From assembly GCF_009914755.1 (NCBI RefSeq), contig NC_060938.1: DNA of 64,000 nucleotides, one strand, 5' to 3'. Of this stretch, positions 18,671-34,499 are shown piece after piece. Source of the stretch: the human T2T-CHM13v2.0 reference genome, Homo sapiens. The position numbers were made by a program, and so were the translations under genes. The notes beneath the pieces were generated by a model. That model worked only from the letters and a program-made list of their open reading frames with translations. It did not search any database and was not told where the DNA came from. Every line of letters begins with the position of its first letter. The stretch's first letter is position 1.

Positions 18671-19473
18671 TTTTTTTTTAATGACCAAAATGTATTTATT
18701 TAATATACATCACAAGGGCTCAACTGAGGCTTAATTTAAAAGACAAAAACAAAAATAATATCACAGCTCATGATACAGAGTCTATACAGAAATCACAAAA
18801 AAAGACAGACCATCTAAGGAAAAGTTAAAAAGACGACACAAGGACAGGCTGGGCAGCCTGGGTCAGGGCTCCTGACTGGTGACCTGTTTTGAGTAGGTTT
18901 CTTGCAGATACTTCTTAAAAGCTGTGGGGTTTTTCCAGGGTTTGGCAGCATGTGTGTTCAAGGGGCTATCAATGTTGGGTTCTCCTAGTAGGCTGGAGAT
19001 GGAGAGTGTTCTGGATGGAGAGCAGAATGGTCCTGATGTCATACAGGGCAGACCACTTGTCCTTCAGGATGTCCAGGCATATGTTACCCTGGGTGTCCAC
19101 ACTGGGATAGTAGCAGGGTGTGAGGAATTTCACCTGGGTGCATTGTAAGGGTAGTCACTGGGGAACTCTAGTGAGAGCTTATGCTTATACCTCAGGTCTT
19201 CATATATTGTGGCAGCTGCTCCATGGATGGCCCCTACCCATGTGAAAAGGTGGTCTGATTCAGGGAAGGCAGAAATGCCCTTGCTGCCACACATTATGAG
19301 TCATGAGCTCCTGTTGTTTTGCCCATGGGACCCCCAGCGGCACCCCAGCTTGGCTCTGCTCCTTTGTGGGAGGCTGCGATGCTAGTGGTGGCTGGGTCGC
19401 AATTTTGGGAGGCCATCCAGGCGGTGCTGGCAGAGACAGGAACTCGGGAGAGCTCATGACTGCAACTGGGGGG
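18671..19473 (-). pseudogene. UBE2CP1: Processed pseudogene of UBE2C (E2 ubiquitin-conjugating enzyme UbcH10)
   Basis: Intronless minus-strand copy running from ATG 19416 (MASQNCDPATTS...) to TGA 18863 (...YSKQVTSQEP). It retains [26 protein letters not shown], a 3'UTR, AATAAA (18695-18700), a poly(A) remnant (18671-18679) and a candidate TSD TATACTTT (18666-18673 / 19474-19481). It is disabled by frameshifts. The P1 symbol is from memory of the 14q12 annotation. Confidence 0.93.
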
Positions 19474-20009
19474 TATACTTTCCTATAGATATTACGTCGT
19501 AGGTAGATTTCTGTCTCACAAACCCTATCTAATTCATAATCTGGAATATTCCTAACATAGCATTGCAACATAGAAAGGTTTATCATTCCCTGTACCTCCT
19601 GAGAAGTAGGGAGAAAGGAATATTGAGTTCTTACTGGTAGAAAGGAGGTATAACTCTTTATTCCCTTCTTGTCTTTCTTTTCACTGCTGAATGGTTATTG
19701 GGGATAGAATTGGGGCTGAAGAAGAGGGAAAGCCAAGAAGTGTCACTCTAGACTTGGTCATCAACCCAGTCATTAGACTGAGGTAAGAAATGGGAATTAT
19801 CGCTAGCAGCGAATGGAGTTCCAGAACAGTAGTGTCTATAGCTAGAATGGGGAGAGAAATAGTAAAAAGAAGGAAAAATCCCTGCAATTACTTATAGGAA
19901 GGAAAAGGGAATTTCTTTTGTGTCCTTTCTTGGTCGTCTGGCAAATGTCCCAGGTTATGGATTTTCAAAAAGCAAACGATGTGTACTTACCTGTACTTCT
20001 CAGATAAGT

Positions 20010-20127
20010 CTTTTTTAGAGACAAGTCTATGTTACCCAGGCTGCTGTTGAACTCCTGGGCTCAAGTGATCCTCATGCCTCAACTTCCTGAATAGCTGGGA
20101 TTACAGGTGCATGCCACAGTGTCCAAC
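20010..20127 (-). mobile_element. Alu left monomer (FLAM)
   Basis: ttttttagagac...gaactcctgggctcaagtgatcctc...gggattacaggtgcatgccac. Confidence 0.85.
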
Positions 20128-20845
20128 TTTAGCGTCAGATAGGTTTTAAGATTATTCCCTTTTGGTGAGAGAAGGGACAAACTAGTTTTAGAAAGTGCTC
20201 CCTTTGTTCTTTCCAAACCCTGTGGGCTATAGCCAGTCAAATGTCTTACACAATCTGTATATGTATGTATGTGCGCACAGCATGTTAATGTTAATTTGAT
20301 ATAATATAAATTGAGGCAGTGTACTGAAAAATGAATGTAAAATCAGTCTGATTGTTTACCTGATGACTGAAATTTGGAGAAAAGCACTAGAATTTTTTTT
20401 TAATGAGATTCCTCCCATAGAATGTCCTTCTAAAAGGATTTTTGAGAAATGCATGGCTCTCAGAGTTTATGTTCATTATATATAATCTATATTCCACGCA
20501 TAGTGCTTTTGATTGTCTAGAATGTTCCCCTTTTACTCACTTATTCTTTTTTTTTTTTTTTTTTTACTTTTTAAAATATATTTAAAGTCTCCAACACAAT
20601 GCTGTATGTTGCAATTGTTTCTTTTTTTTTTTTTTTTTTTATTATACTCTAAGTTTTAGGGTACATGTGCACATTGTGCAGGTTAGTTACATATGTATAC
20701 ATGTGCCATGCTGGTGCGCTGCACCCACTAACGTGTCATCTAGCATTAGGTATATCTCCCAATGCTATCCCTCCCCCCTCCCCCAACCCCACCACAGTCC
20801 CCAGAGTGTGATATTCCCCTTCCTGTGTCCATGTGATCTCATTGT

Positions 20846-24672
<3,827 letters not shown>

Positions 24673-24735
24673 TAGGATGTTAGCTGGTGATTTTGCTCAT
24701 TAGTTGATGCAATTTCTTCCTAGTCTCGATGGTCT

Positions 24736-25749
24736 TTACATTTTGGCATGATTTTGCAGCGGCTGGTACCGGTTGTTCCTTTCCATGTTTAGCGCTTCCT
24801 TCAGGAGCTCTTTTAGGGCAGGCCTGGTGGTGACAAAATCTCTCAGCATTTGCTTGTCTATAAAGTATTTTATTTCTCCTTCACTTATGAAGCTTAGTTT
24901 GGCTGGATATGAAATTCTGGGTTGAAAATTCTTTTCTTTAAGAATGTTGAATATTGGCCCCCACTCTCTTCTGGCTTGTAGGGTTTCTGCCGAGAGATCC
25001 GCTGTTAGTCTGATGGGCTTCCCTTTGAGGGTAACCCGACCTTTCTCTCTGGCTGCCCTTAACATTTTTTCCTTCATTTCAACTTTGGTGAATCTGACAA
25101 TTATGTGTCTTGGAGTTGCTCTTCTCGAGGAGTATCTTTGTGGCGTTCTCTGTATTTCCTGAATCTGAACGTTGGCCTGCCTTGCTAGATTGGGGAAGTT
25201 CTCCTGGATAATATCCTGCAGAGTGTTTTCCAACTTGGTTCCATTCTCCACATCACTTTCAGGTACACCAATCAGACGTAGATTTGGTCTTTTCACATAG
25301 TCCCATATTTCTTGGAGGCTTTGCTCATTTCTTTTTATTCTTTTTTCTCTAAACTTCCCTTCTCGCTTCATTTCATTCATTTCATCTTCCATTGCTGATA
25401 CCCTTTCTTCCAGTTGATCGCATCGGCTCCTGAGGCTTCTGCATTCTTCACGTAGTTCTCGAGCCTTGGTTTTCAGCTCCATCAGCTCCTTTAAGCACTT
25501 CTCTGTATTGGTTATTCTAGTTATACATTCTTCTAAATTTTTTTCAAAGTTTTCAACTTCTTTGCCTTTGGTTTGAATGTCCTCCCGTAGCTCAGAGTAA
25601 TTTGATCGTCTGAAGCCTTCTCTCAGCTCGTCAAAATCATTCTCCATCCAGCTTTGTTCTGTTGCTGGTGAGGAACTGCGTTCCTTTGGAGGAGGAGAGG
25701 CGCTCTGCGTTTTAGAGTTTCCAGTTTTTCTGTTCTGTTTTTTCCCCAT
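24736..25749 (-). CDS. L1 ORF1p RNA-binding chaperone, 337 aa (one Glu short of the 338-aa consensus)
   Basis: Open from MGKKQNRK to ...PLQNHAKM; REKG, ARR and YPAKLS motifs intact; FDELREGF instead of FDELREEGF. Confidence 0.96.
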   Translation of the reverse strand: MGKKQNRKTGNSKTQSASPPPKERSSSPATEQSWMENDFDELREGFRRSNYSELREDIQTKGKEVENFEKNLEECITRITNTEKCLKELMELKTKARELREECRSLRSRCDQLEERVSAMEDEMNEMKREGKFREKRIKRNEQSLQEIWDYVKRPNLRLIGVPESDVENGTKLENTLQDIIQENFPNLARQANVQIQEIQRTPQRYSSRRATPRHIIVRFTKVEMKEKMLRAAREKGRVTLKGKPIRLTADLSAETLQARREWGPIFNILKEKNFQPRISYPAKLSFISEGEIKYFIDKQMLRDFVTTRPALKELLKEALNMERNNRYQPLQNHAKM

Positions 25750-26654
25750 CTTTGTGGTTTTATCTACTTTTGGTCTTTGATGATGGTGATGTACAGATGG
25801 GTTTTCGGTGTAGATGTCCTTTCTGGTTGTTAGTTTTCCTTCTAACAGACAGGACCCTCAGCTGCAGGTCTGTTGGAATACCCTGCCGTGTGAGGTGTCA
25901 GTGTGCCCCTGCTGGGGGGTGCCTCCCAGTTAGGCTGCTCGGGGGTCAGGGGTCAGGGACCCACTTGAGGAGGCAGTCTGCCCGTTCTCAGATCTCCAGC
26001 TGCGTGCTGGGAGAACCACTGCTCTCTTCAAAGCTGTCAGACAGGGACACTTAAGTCTGCAGAGGTTACTGCTGTCTTTTTGTTTGTCTGTGCCCTGCCC
26101 CCAGAGGTGGAGCCTACAGAGGCAGGCAGGCCTCCTTGAGCTGTGGTGGGCTCCACCCAGTTCGAGCTTCCTGGCTGCTTTGTTTACCTAAGCAAGCCTG
26201 GGCAATGGCGGGCGCCCCTCCCCCAGCCTCGCTGCCGCCTTGCAGTTTGATCTCAGACTGCTGTGCTAGCAATCAGCGAGATTCCGTGGGCGTAGGACCC
26301 TCTGAGCCAGGTGTGGGATATAGTCTCGTGGTGCGCCGTTTCTTAAGCCGGTCTGAAAAGCGCAATATTCGGGTGGAAGTGACCCGATTTTCCAGGTGCG
26401 TCCGTCACCCCTTTTTTTGACTCGGAAAGGGAACTCCCTGACCCCTTGCGCTTCCCAGGTGAGGCAATGCCTCGCCCTGCTTCGGCTCGCGCACGGTGCG
26501 CACACACACTGGCCTGCGCCCACTGTCTGGCGCTCCCTAGTGAGATGAACCCGGTACTTCAGATGGAAATGCAGAAATCACCCGTCTTCTGCGTGGCTCA
26601 CGCTGGGAGCTGTAGACCGGAGCTGTTCCTATTCGGCCATCTTGGCTCCTCGCC
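25750..26654 (-). promoter_or_regulatory. L1 5'UTR: CpG-rich internal sense promoter with YY1 site; antisense promoter fires on the + strand
   Basis: ~905-bp CpG-dense L1HS 5'UTR with an intact AAGATGGCC YY1 motif near 26636-26644. The antisense promoter activity is established for this family and is not visible directly in the sequence. Confidence 0.88.
26205..26420 (+). CDS. L1 ORF0, intact 71 aa
   Basis: MAGAPPPASLPPCSLISDCCASNQRDSVGVGPSEPGVGYSLVVRRFLSRSEKRNIRVEVTRFSRCVRHPFF*; start context gcaATGg; internal splice donors after 26310 and 26395. Confidence 0.85.
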   Translation: MAGAPPPASLPPCSLISDCCASNQRDSVGVGPSEPGVGYSLVVRRFLSRSEKRNIRVEVTRFSRCVRHPFF

Positions 26655-26949
26655 CACTTATTCTTAATATTTATTGAAGCTACTGAAGAATCTCAGTTTA
26701 TTATCTTGACCTTGTTATTTTGTTTTATATTTTTAATTTGTTCATTTTTTATGTCACTCTTATTACCCAAACTGTATTCTCTTTTGAGCCCATGTTGTAG
26801 AAGAAGATTAATCTTTGGAATTACAGAAGTTGCTTCTCTTAGTGTTTTCTCTCATTTCAAGAATTTGAGAAAAGGCCTATAGAAGGAAGCCATAAAATCG
26901 TTCTTGAGGGTAGTGTAATTTTCCCTATTTTCTGTGGTATACATTAGAG

Positions 26950-27105
26950 TATGACCTGTATTTGGATCTCAACTCTGTACTACTTCTACTCTGGTAGTCT
27001 TGAACAAATACATGTTTCTGTATGTCTGTTTCTTCATCTTTAAAATGAGATTAATAATTCCTAGCTCATAGTGTTATTTGGAGAATTAAATGAGATAATG
27101 TAAGT
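26950..27105 (+). mobile_element. MIR fragment
   Basis: tctgtttcttcatctttaaaatgagattaataattcctagctcatagtgttatttggagaattaaatgagataatg matches the MIR core. Confidence 0.7.
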
Positions 27106-27404
27106 TAGTAATTTTTGAACACTGTTCTCTGGTACCCTAGAGCTGTATGGAGACATTTAATGGATCACTTGTATCTATTTTATGTTTAGGGTTCTGTAGA
27201 AGATTTGGTTTGAGAAAGAGGGTCCTGAGGCTCTCTCTTTAAAAACTCTTGAAAGCCATAGTTGTAAGTAAAGTGCCTTACACATGATAGGTGCCTTGAA
27301 GAGATACTAGTTCTCTTATGCAGGTTAGAAAATCTGTATAGCACTTCACTCCTTTTCCTCTTGGATGGTGCTCCCTCATAATCAGTATATTAAAGGGCTG
27401 TTAC

Positions 27405-27570
27405 TTTTAACAGCTTTGTTGAGATGTAACTCACGTACTTTGCAATTCATCAATTTAAAACAAAACATTCAATGGATTTTAGGATATTTACAGAGTTGTT
27501 GCAACCACAATCTAATGTTAAAGCATTTTTGTCACCTCAAAAAGAAACCCCCTACCTAGTACCAATCACA
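27405..27570 (-). mobile_element. L1MB-type 3' end fragment
   Basis: ttttaacagctttgttgagatgtaactcac...ggatatttacagagttg...catttttgtcacctcaaaaagaaacccc. Confidence 0.7.
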
Positions 27571-27750
27571 TTAAGTTGTTTTTGGACCCTATTTCCATTG
27601 TTCATTAGAAGCTGATGTTAATAAGTAAGTTACTACATCAAAAAGAGCAAAATGAACCAAATGCCTGTACTTACATAAGTCAGTGAGCCATGTTTTTTTA
27701 CTGATTTATATAGTTCCAGAAATTAGAATCTGCTATGGCATTTAGCATAC

Positions 27751-27751
27751 T

Positions 27752-27786
<35 letters not shown>

Positions 27787-27903
27787 TAGACAGGGTCTCA
27801 CTATGTTTCCCAGGCTAGTCTCAAACTCCCAAGGCTCAAGCGATCCTCTCACCTCAGCCTCCCAAGTACCTGGGACTACAGGAATGTGCCACTGCACCTT
27901 AGC
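27751..27903 (-). mobile_element. Alu left monomer (FLAM) with (TTTA)n tail microsatellite
   Basis: (ttta)~9, then gacagggtctcactatgtttcccaggctagtctcaaactcc; flanked by a repeated ttagcatact. Confidence 0.87.
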
Positions 27904-28039
27904 ATACTGAGTTTTACATATGCAGTCACAAAATACTAGATTCTTTACGTTTTCCACTTCTAGAAGTTCGTTCATCTATTTTTATGACTTTTAAAAATGA
28001 TTACTTGGTCTGTATACACCCCGTTCTTAGTTTCGAAAT

Positions 28040-28900
28040 TCAGCAAATGCAAGTGCTTGTTATAAGCCAGGTGGTGGTAGACTCCTAGGGTTAAACAATT
28101 AATTAAACATGCTCTAAGGAGTTTACAGTTTTAGAAAGACACATAAACAAAGGACAGTAATATACTGTGATCTTTGTTATTATGATGAGGTGTATAAAGT
28201 GCTGTTGATACACAGATAAGGGAGTAATGAGTTATTTTGGCCAAGGAGGAGACTGGGAGAGGGTCAGAAAAGGGAGAGAGTAGGGATTGAAGGAAGAGTT
28301 GTAGAAAAGCTACAGAGAAGGTAGACGTTGAATGAGTAGAATTCACTGAGTAGATGGTAAGGAGGAATATATTCTGCAAAAGCTGAGAGAATAACTTGAG
28401 CCTAAGACTAGAGAATTAAAAGCAAACACAGTATTTAATGACAAGTTAAAGTTTAATGAAATAACTATTTGATGTGACTAGCGGAAACTGAATTTAGTGA
28501 ATAGTGATAAAACAGAAAAGGTTAGCTGGATCAGAGGGCCTGAAAGTTAGTTTAACAGCTTATTTTAGCACCTTTCCCCTTCCATTCCTGACTTCACTCT
28601 GCAGATAACAGCTTTTCCCAAGCTAATATTCACATTAACAGTTCCTAGTATCATCATTGTCATTCCCCAAAGTTTTCTTTTTCTTCTTTCACTACTTTGT
28701 ATCCCATATCCTTTCTCATGTAAATTATTAAATACCCGTCTTGTCCTTTCCATTCCCACAGCCACTACTGTGGCCTTTTTCCTAGAATCTCATATTTCTT
28801 TTGCTCATTTTTAGTATTATTGGTAGGACTTTCTCATTTCTAGGACTTTACTGTGTATCAATTTTAGTATTCAAACTAGCTTTATAGAGTAGCTAAAATA
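28040..28900. mobile_element. LINE-2 remnants
   Basis: ttcagcaaatgcaagtgcttgttataagccagg...ctaaggagtttacagt (minus) and ctttccattcccacagccactact (plus); very diverged. Confidence 0.45.
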
Positions 28901-30208
28901 GTTCCTATATCAGAGAGTCTGAAGAATATGAAGGGCTGGAGAATTCATAGATAAGAGCTCACTGATAGGGAATCCTCTACATGCTGATGTAGAATATATT
29001 GTTCAGTGAAAGGAAAGGGCAGAAAAGTACAGTATCATACTTCTTGTGTCAGAAAGGAGGCGGATATTAGAATACAGACTCTGCTGATATTTGCACAAAG
29101 AAACTCTAAAAAAAACTAGAAGAAATAATAAAAGAAAATACCTATAGAAGCAGGTAGAAATGGGGTGGAAGAGGACGGGGTGAAAAATAAGGCTTCTCAG
29201 TATATGTCTTTTTATGTTGTATTCATTTTTGAACTATCTGGATATTTCATCTATAAAACTTTGGCCTTGCGTGCCACTGCAAGGGAGTAGCAGTGAAATG
29301 ACTCTGATTTCTTGTTGCTCCATGTATCAAATTCACTCCTTAGTCTACTGTTTAGATGTTTCTACCTTGTGCCTTGGCATGATCTGTTTAACTGAAATGA
29401 ACTATATCTATGTCCCTAAATCACTTTCAAACTTCAACTCAAAATATATCACTTCCTCCTCAATTGGCTATTTATTTCATTCTGCCTTTTAGCATAATGT
29501 ATTTATGTTGTATATTTGTATATTGGTTCTACGTTGGTATTACTATAAATCCTAATATAGTTCATGAATGGTTTCCACTCCCACTTTGATTGTTTACACC
29601 CTTAATTATAAAAATTGTTTTTATAATTTCATGAATGGTTTCTACTCCCACTTGATTATTAACACCCTCAATAGTATCTGAATTATCTGAAGCATAACTT
29701 AAGAGTTATTTGATAATTTTTATTTGCTTTTGAGGATCTTAATATGTTAACTTTATTTGGATAATTTTAATCAACAAAATTTTCAATTAGGAAAGGTCTC
29801 ACACAGCAAAGTTTTACTACGTTTCCGTTATCTTAAACTTCAAGATATTAAATAGGAAAACTAATAAGGAAAAAGTTTTTTTAAAAAAACAAAAAGGACA
29901 ATAATTTAGTTTAAGGTAACTTTCCATCTAGTTAAGGTGAATATATGTGGATTTGCACACTAAAATAGTAAACATAACTTGACCACCTGACATGAATTTT
30001 GCATGGAGTACAATATGATTTGTATGCCAGTAACTAATTAATACAATAAGTAACAATTGTGTTTTTATCTTTGCTAATATATGTACGTTATGCAGAATTA
30101 CTGCTGAATTTATCCATCAAATATGGTAAACAAAATAATCTGTTGGTTTTTTTCTATATTAAATATATATTCAAAAGTAAGACACTTTAAATTCTTTTAA
30201 GAAATGAA

Positions 30209-30449
30209 AGCCAGGCACAGTTGCTCACACCTGTAATCCCGCACTTTGGGAGGCTGAGACGGGCAGATTGCTTGAGCTCAGGAGTTTAAGACCAGCCTGC
30301 ACAACATAGCAAAACCCCATCTCTATAAAAAAAAAATACGGAAAAATTAGCCAGGTGTGGTGACACATACCTGTGGTCTCAGCTACTCGGGAGACTGGGT
30401 TAGGAATGAGCCTGGGAAGTTGAGATTGCACCACTGTACTTCAGCCTGG
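30209..30449 (+). mobile_element. AluJ, internally deleted and lacking a tail
   Basis: gccaggcacagttgctcacacctgtaatcc...gattgcttgagctcaggagtt...cactgtacttcagcctgg. Confidence 0.85.
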
Positions 30450-30590
30450 TACTTCTGAACTGTACTTTTGACCTGTCTGAAAGAACATATCTTAAAATTG
30501 ATCATAGAAAATAGAAACTTATAAGGTGAGTAGATCATTATGTATTTTAATGACTTAATATATTCTCATCTAATGTTTATTTTGAAACAG

Positions 30591-30687
30591 GCAAGAAAAT
30601 TGGATGTATATTTTGAATATGAAGAAAAAATAATGAGCAAAACTACTCTGGATAAATCTCTTCTAGATATAATATCAGACCCTGATG
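30591..30687 (+). CDS. SCFD1: SCFD1 coding exon, 97 nt (ARKLDVYFEYEEKIMSKTTLDKSLLDIISDPD/A)
   Basis: ttttgaaacAG acceptor, G/gtatgt donor; phase 0 to 1; follows a 19.7-kb intron. Confidence 0.95.
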
Positions 30688-31189
30688 GTATGTACCAAAA
30701 ATTTGAGGTTAATGTAAGTTTCATATCTGACGAAAGCAGCATTTTCAATTGAGTAAACTTTGAATAGAATTGTTGTTTTTCTGACAGTCAATGCTAATAT
30801 CAAGATAATTAAATGAGCTATTTTCTGGTAAAATTTTATAACTTAGCAGTTCCTACAGTGGAAAAATAATTTGCATTTCATTTCATTGAACTTTTATTTG
30901 ATAGTATTTAGGCACATTTTATATTCACTTGTTTAAGGTGATATATGTAAAGCTTAATATCTGCTGGTTCCAGGAAGATTTGAAGGTATAACATTCAAAG
31001 CAAGTGTCTCTAAGTGATTCGCTTCCTAATTACTTTGGTCTACCCTCAATTTCCTGAAAAGATGTATCTAAAACTAAATTCTGTTTTACATGTTTAGGGA
31101 GTTTACTTTTAAAGGAACTCTATGGCCAATCACTTTAAATATTTGTATGTTAGATTTTCTTAAAATATAACTATTTGTACTTAGAAAAT

Positions 31190-31404
31190 ATGATCTATGG
31201 AGGCCAATATGTTAAGCAAAAGAAGCCAGGCGCAGAAAGACAAGTATCACATGTTCTCACTCATGTGGAAGCTTAAAAAGTAGATCTTATGATGATAGAG
31301 TTACCAGAGGCCAGGAAAGGGAGAGAGGTGGAGGGATGAAGGGAACAAAAAAATATAAACGTATTTTTTACCACTGAACTGTGCACTTAACAATGGTAAA
31401 GACT
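31190..31404 (+). mobile_element. L1MA/MB 3' end fragment
   Basis: aagccaggcgcagaaagacaagtatcacatgttctcactcatgtggaagc...ccactgaactgtgcacttaacaatggtaa. Confidence 0.7.
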
Positions 31405-31739
<335 letters not shown>

Positions 31740-32679
31740 TTAATGTAATCCAATTGTAGTTTTTAATTATAAAGATTGTGGGATCTACATAGAGTCTTAG
31801 TCTCTGAAATTCCCTAAACTTTAGAGACCTGTAGATCATTTCACAATAGTTTTGAATTCAAATCTCAGCTTTTTCCAAAACAAATGGAAAGCCTAGGACC
31901 CATTTTGCATATAAGCTATTTAAGCTGCATAATTATGGTTTTTGAGTTATAGTTTTGGTATGAATTTTAGACTATAATCCAAATTAGAAAATAATTTAAA
32001 AGTCCAAACTGTTTTATAATTAAAGATTCTATTTATACAAACATCTGAGAAGCCATAAGTATTGCTCACACTTTTAGAAAGCTAGATTTGTGGTGAGAAC
32101 ATAGCATTTTAAAGGTATATGCATTTTACAGTGAAAGAAATTTAAAAAGTTATATAAGTCTATCATTTCTGAGCTATTCCTTGTTATTTACAGTAACTTT
32201 CGAGTAAAGTTGAAACAAAAAAAACATGTTGACAGAAAGGCAATCAGTCCTGCTTTTTCCTTTCCCCTTTCTCAAACGATTTATCCCTAAAGATATTTAA
32301 GTAGGATAGAGCAAGGTAGGCATTCTTGCAAAGTAGCAGTCTGGTGCCACTTCGGTCCAGAATAAGATGTTGGAACCTGAGCAAGATGACTAAGGGCATC
32401 CACTCATGGAATAGAGGGAGGATTAGTAATCTGGCATGTCAAAGTTCAGGAAAGGAAAGCAGAGTGTCCACATGTGGGAGTAGTCTAGCAAGGTGTGTGA
32501 GAACCATAACAGATTGAGGAGGGTGACCCCTGCACAGGAACAAACCAGCTTGGGCCTAGGTGAGGTGAGACGTATGTCTAGGTATGTGGATGGGTCCACT
32601 GCAGGAAATCAGAGCTCAAGTGAAGTAAGAAGGGCATCCATGCAGCAAGCCCATGGAAGCAGAGATGGGATATTTGTTA

Positions 32680-33985
32680 TATACAGGGGACTGGCTAAAT
32701 AAATATATTGGATAATATAAAGAAAGCCCAATTTCCCATTGTCAGAGGAGGAATTTATAAATATAGAAAGGGAAAAAATTAGAATGAACCCTGTAGTGTT
32801 GGATTGGAATTAGAGGTGTTGGTGTGAACTTAGTGTTTTCGCTATATATCTGTTCAGATACAGAAATAAATATAGATTGTATGTTGGGGGGGGCGGTGTA
32901 TACTCATGTATTCCGTAACTCTGCCAACTGAAAGGGCCTGGGAGCAGCAATGCCCAACTAGTAAAGATGCTGCCTTATAAATACAGTTTCCACTAGGACT
33001 CCTTGGAGAGGTAGCTGATTCCAGAGGTGGGGCAGGGAGCAAAAGTACAAAATGAGTCTGGAACATTTTTGTTGTGTCAGAAGGCAAGGAAGCTACTCCA
33101 AAAATGATGGAACTTGTCAAAAGAACCCAGAAGTCAGCTTGAATAGGCTCCAGATGATGACAATTTGAGCATCAAAATAAATAATAACAGATTATAACCC
33201 ACTGATAAAAGAGGATGCCAAGAGTCCATGTGGACATAATAAATGAATAAATTGAAATTTCATAGGATATTTATGCAGTTTCAGAATACCTCCCCACAAA
33301 ATACTTATTAACTGTAAGAAAAAGTAACGGTGCGGTGGAGAAGCCTGATAAATACCTTATTAGGTAACCACAGTGAACGTCGTCAGTAGAGAGACATAAA
33401 ATAGTGGGAAAGTACTAAGCAGATTGTGGAGAGGAAGGAGCTCAGGAAAGGCTGAGAGGTAAAGGGCTAGTAGGATTCAGTGCAAAGAACACAGCATCAC
33501 TGTTGTGATATTCTTGCCTCGGTATAACCTAAATCTAATCATGAGGAAATATTAGACAAAACTTAATTGTGTGATATTCTAGGAAGAAACCAGCCTATAG
33601 TCTTAAAAAGTAACCAAGGCCATGCAAGTCAAGGAAAAATGGAGGAACTGTTTCATACAGAAGAAGACTAAAGAGGCATGACAACTGTATGTGGCACATG
33701 ATTCTGAAATTGATCCTTTTTCCATTAAATATACTGTAGACATAATTGGTAAAACTTCAACTAGGATCTGAGAATTAAATGATAGTGAATGTGTCATGTA
33801 GTATATCACATCGCTGTAATGGTGCCAGTGTTAATATCACATTTTGCTAATTGTTTTACTGAGGCTGTGTTAGAGAATGTCTTTGACATTTGGGGGTAAT
33901 GGGACAGCAGGTCAGCATCTTACTCTCAAAATTTCAGGGAGAACAAAAGCTCTCCAAACTGTACTTAAAATTTTTCTCTAAAATA
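32680..33985 (+). mobile_element. Old mammalian L1 (L1MC/L1MD) 3'UTR
   Basis: agaatgaaccctgtagtgttggattggaattagaggtg, gaacacagcatcactgttgtgatattcttgcc, ctaatcatgaggaaatattagacaaa and ggtcagcatcttactctcaaaatttcag resemble L1MC4/L1MD 3' ends. Confidence 0.6.
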
Positions 33986-34499
33986 CATCAGATTACTCAG
34001 TAAGGGAATTCTAACTTTAAAGCAGCAGTCAAAGGAGAGAGGTGCGTGTGACAAGAGGTTCCAAGCTGTAGCTACAGGCTTTAGAATAATCATAGTTGTA
34101 AAGGACACATGCTGACAATTTCAGTTTGGTTTCCCTGTGGTTATGTCATTATAACCATCAGTATGCTCCCCAGCCCTTAGCATCAGATTGGTCTTTAAAA
34201 CCTTAGCAGATGTTCTAAGGCAGTTATTAACACTGTAGCAGTTTTAAAGTATGTTTCCTCTTGAAGAAGAGTGGGAGCTGTTCTTTCTTTAAGCAAAGTA
34301 AGTATCTACTATTAGAAAAGGCTGTGCTAGATGCTGAAGATGCTGGAAGCAAACTCGGGGACCCACAGGCCCTAAAACTCGGAGGGAGGGGAACCTTCCT
34401 CTTGTATATTAGGATCTGTGGTCCCAAGCGGGTAGGACAAGCCTCATTACTCTTTTGCCCTTTGTCCTCTAGCTGGTTGATCATAGTTGCGGCAGTTAC

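Noticed and set aside
18924-19586. ORFs 18924-19148, 19260-19586 and 19303-19488 as novel genes
   Set aside because: They are antisense or shifted frames of the disabled UBE2C retrocopy.
20732-20734. Ta subfamily assignment
   Set aside because: The diagnostic trinucleotide is ACG (pre-Ta), not ACA.
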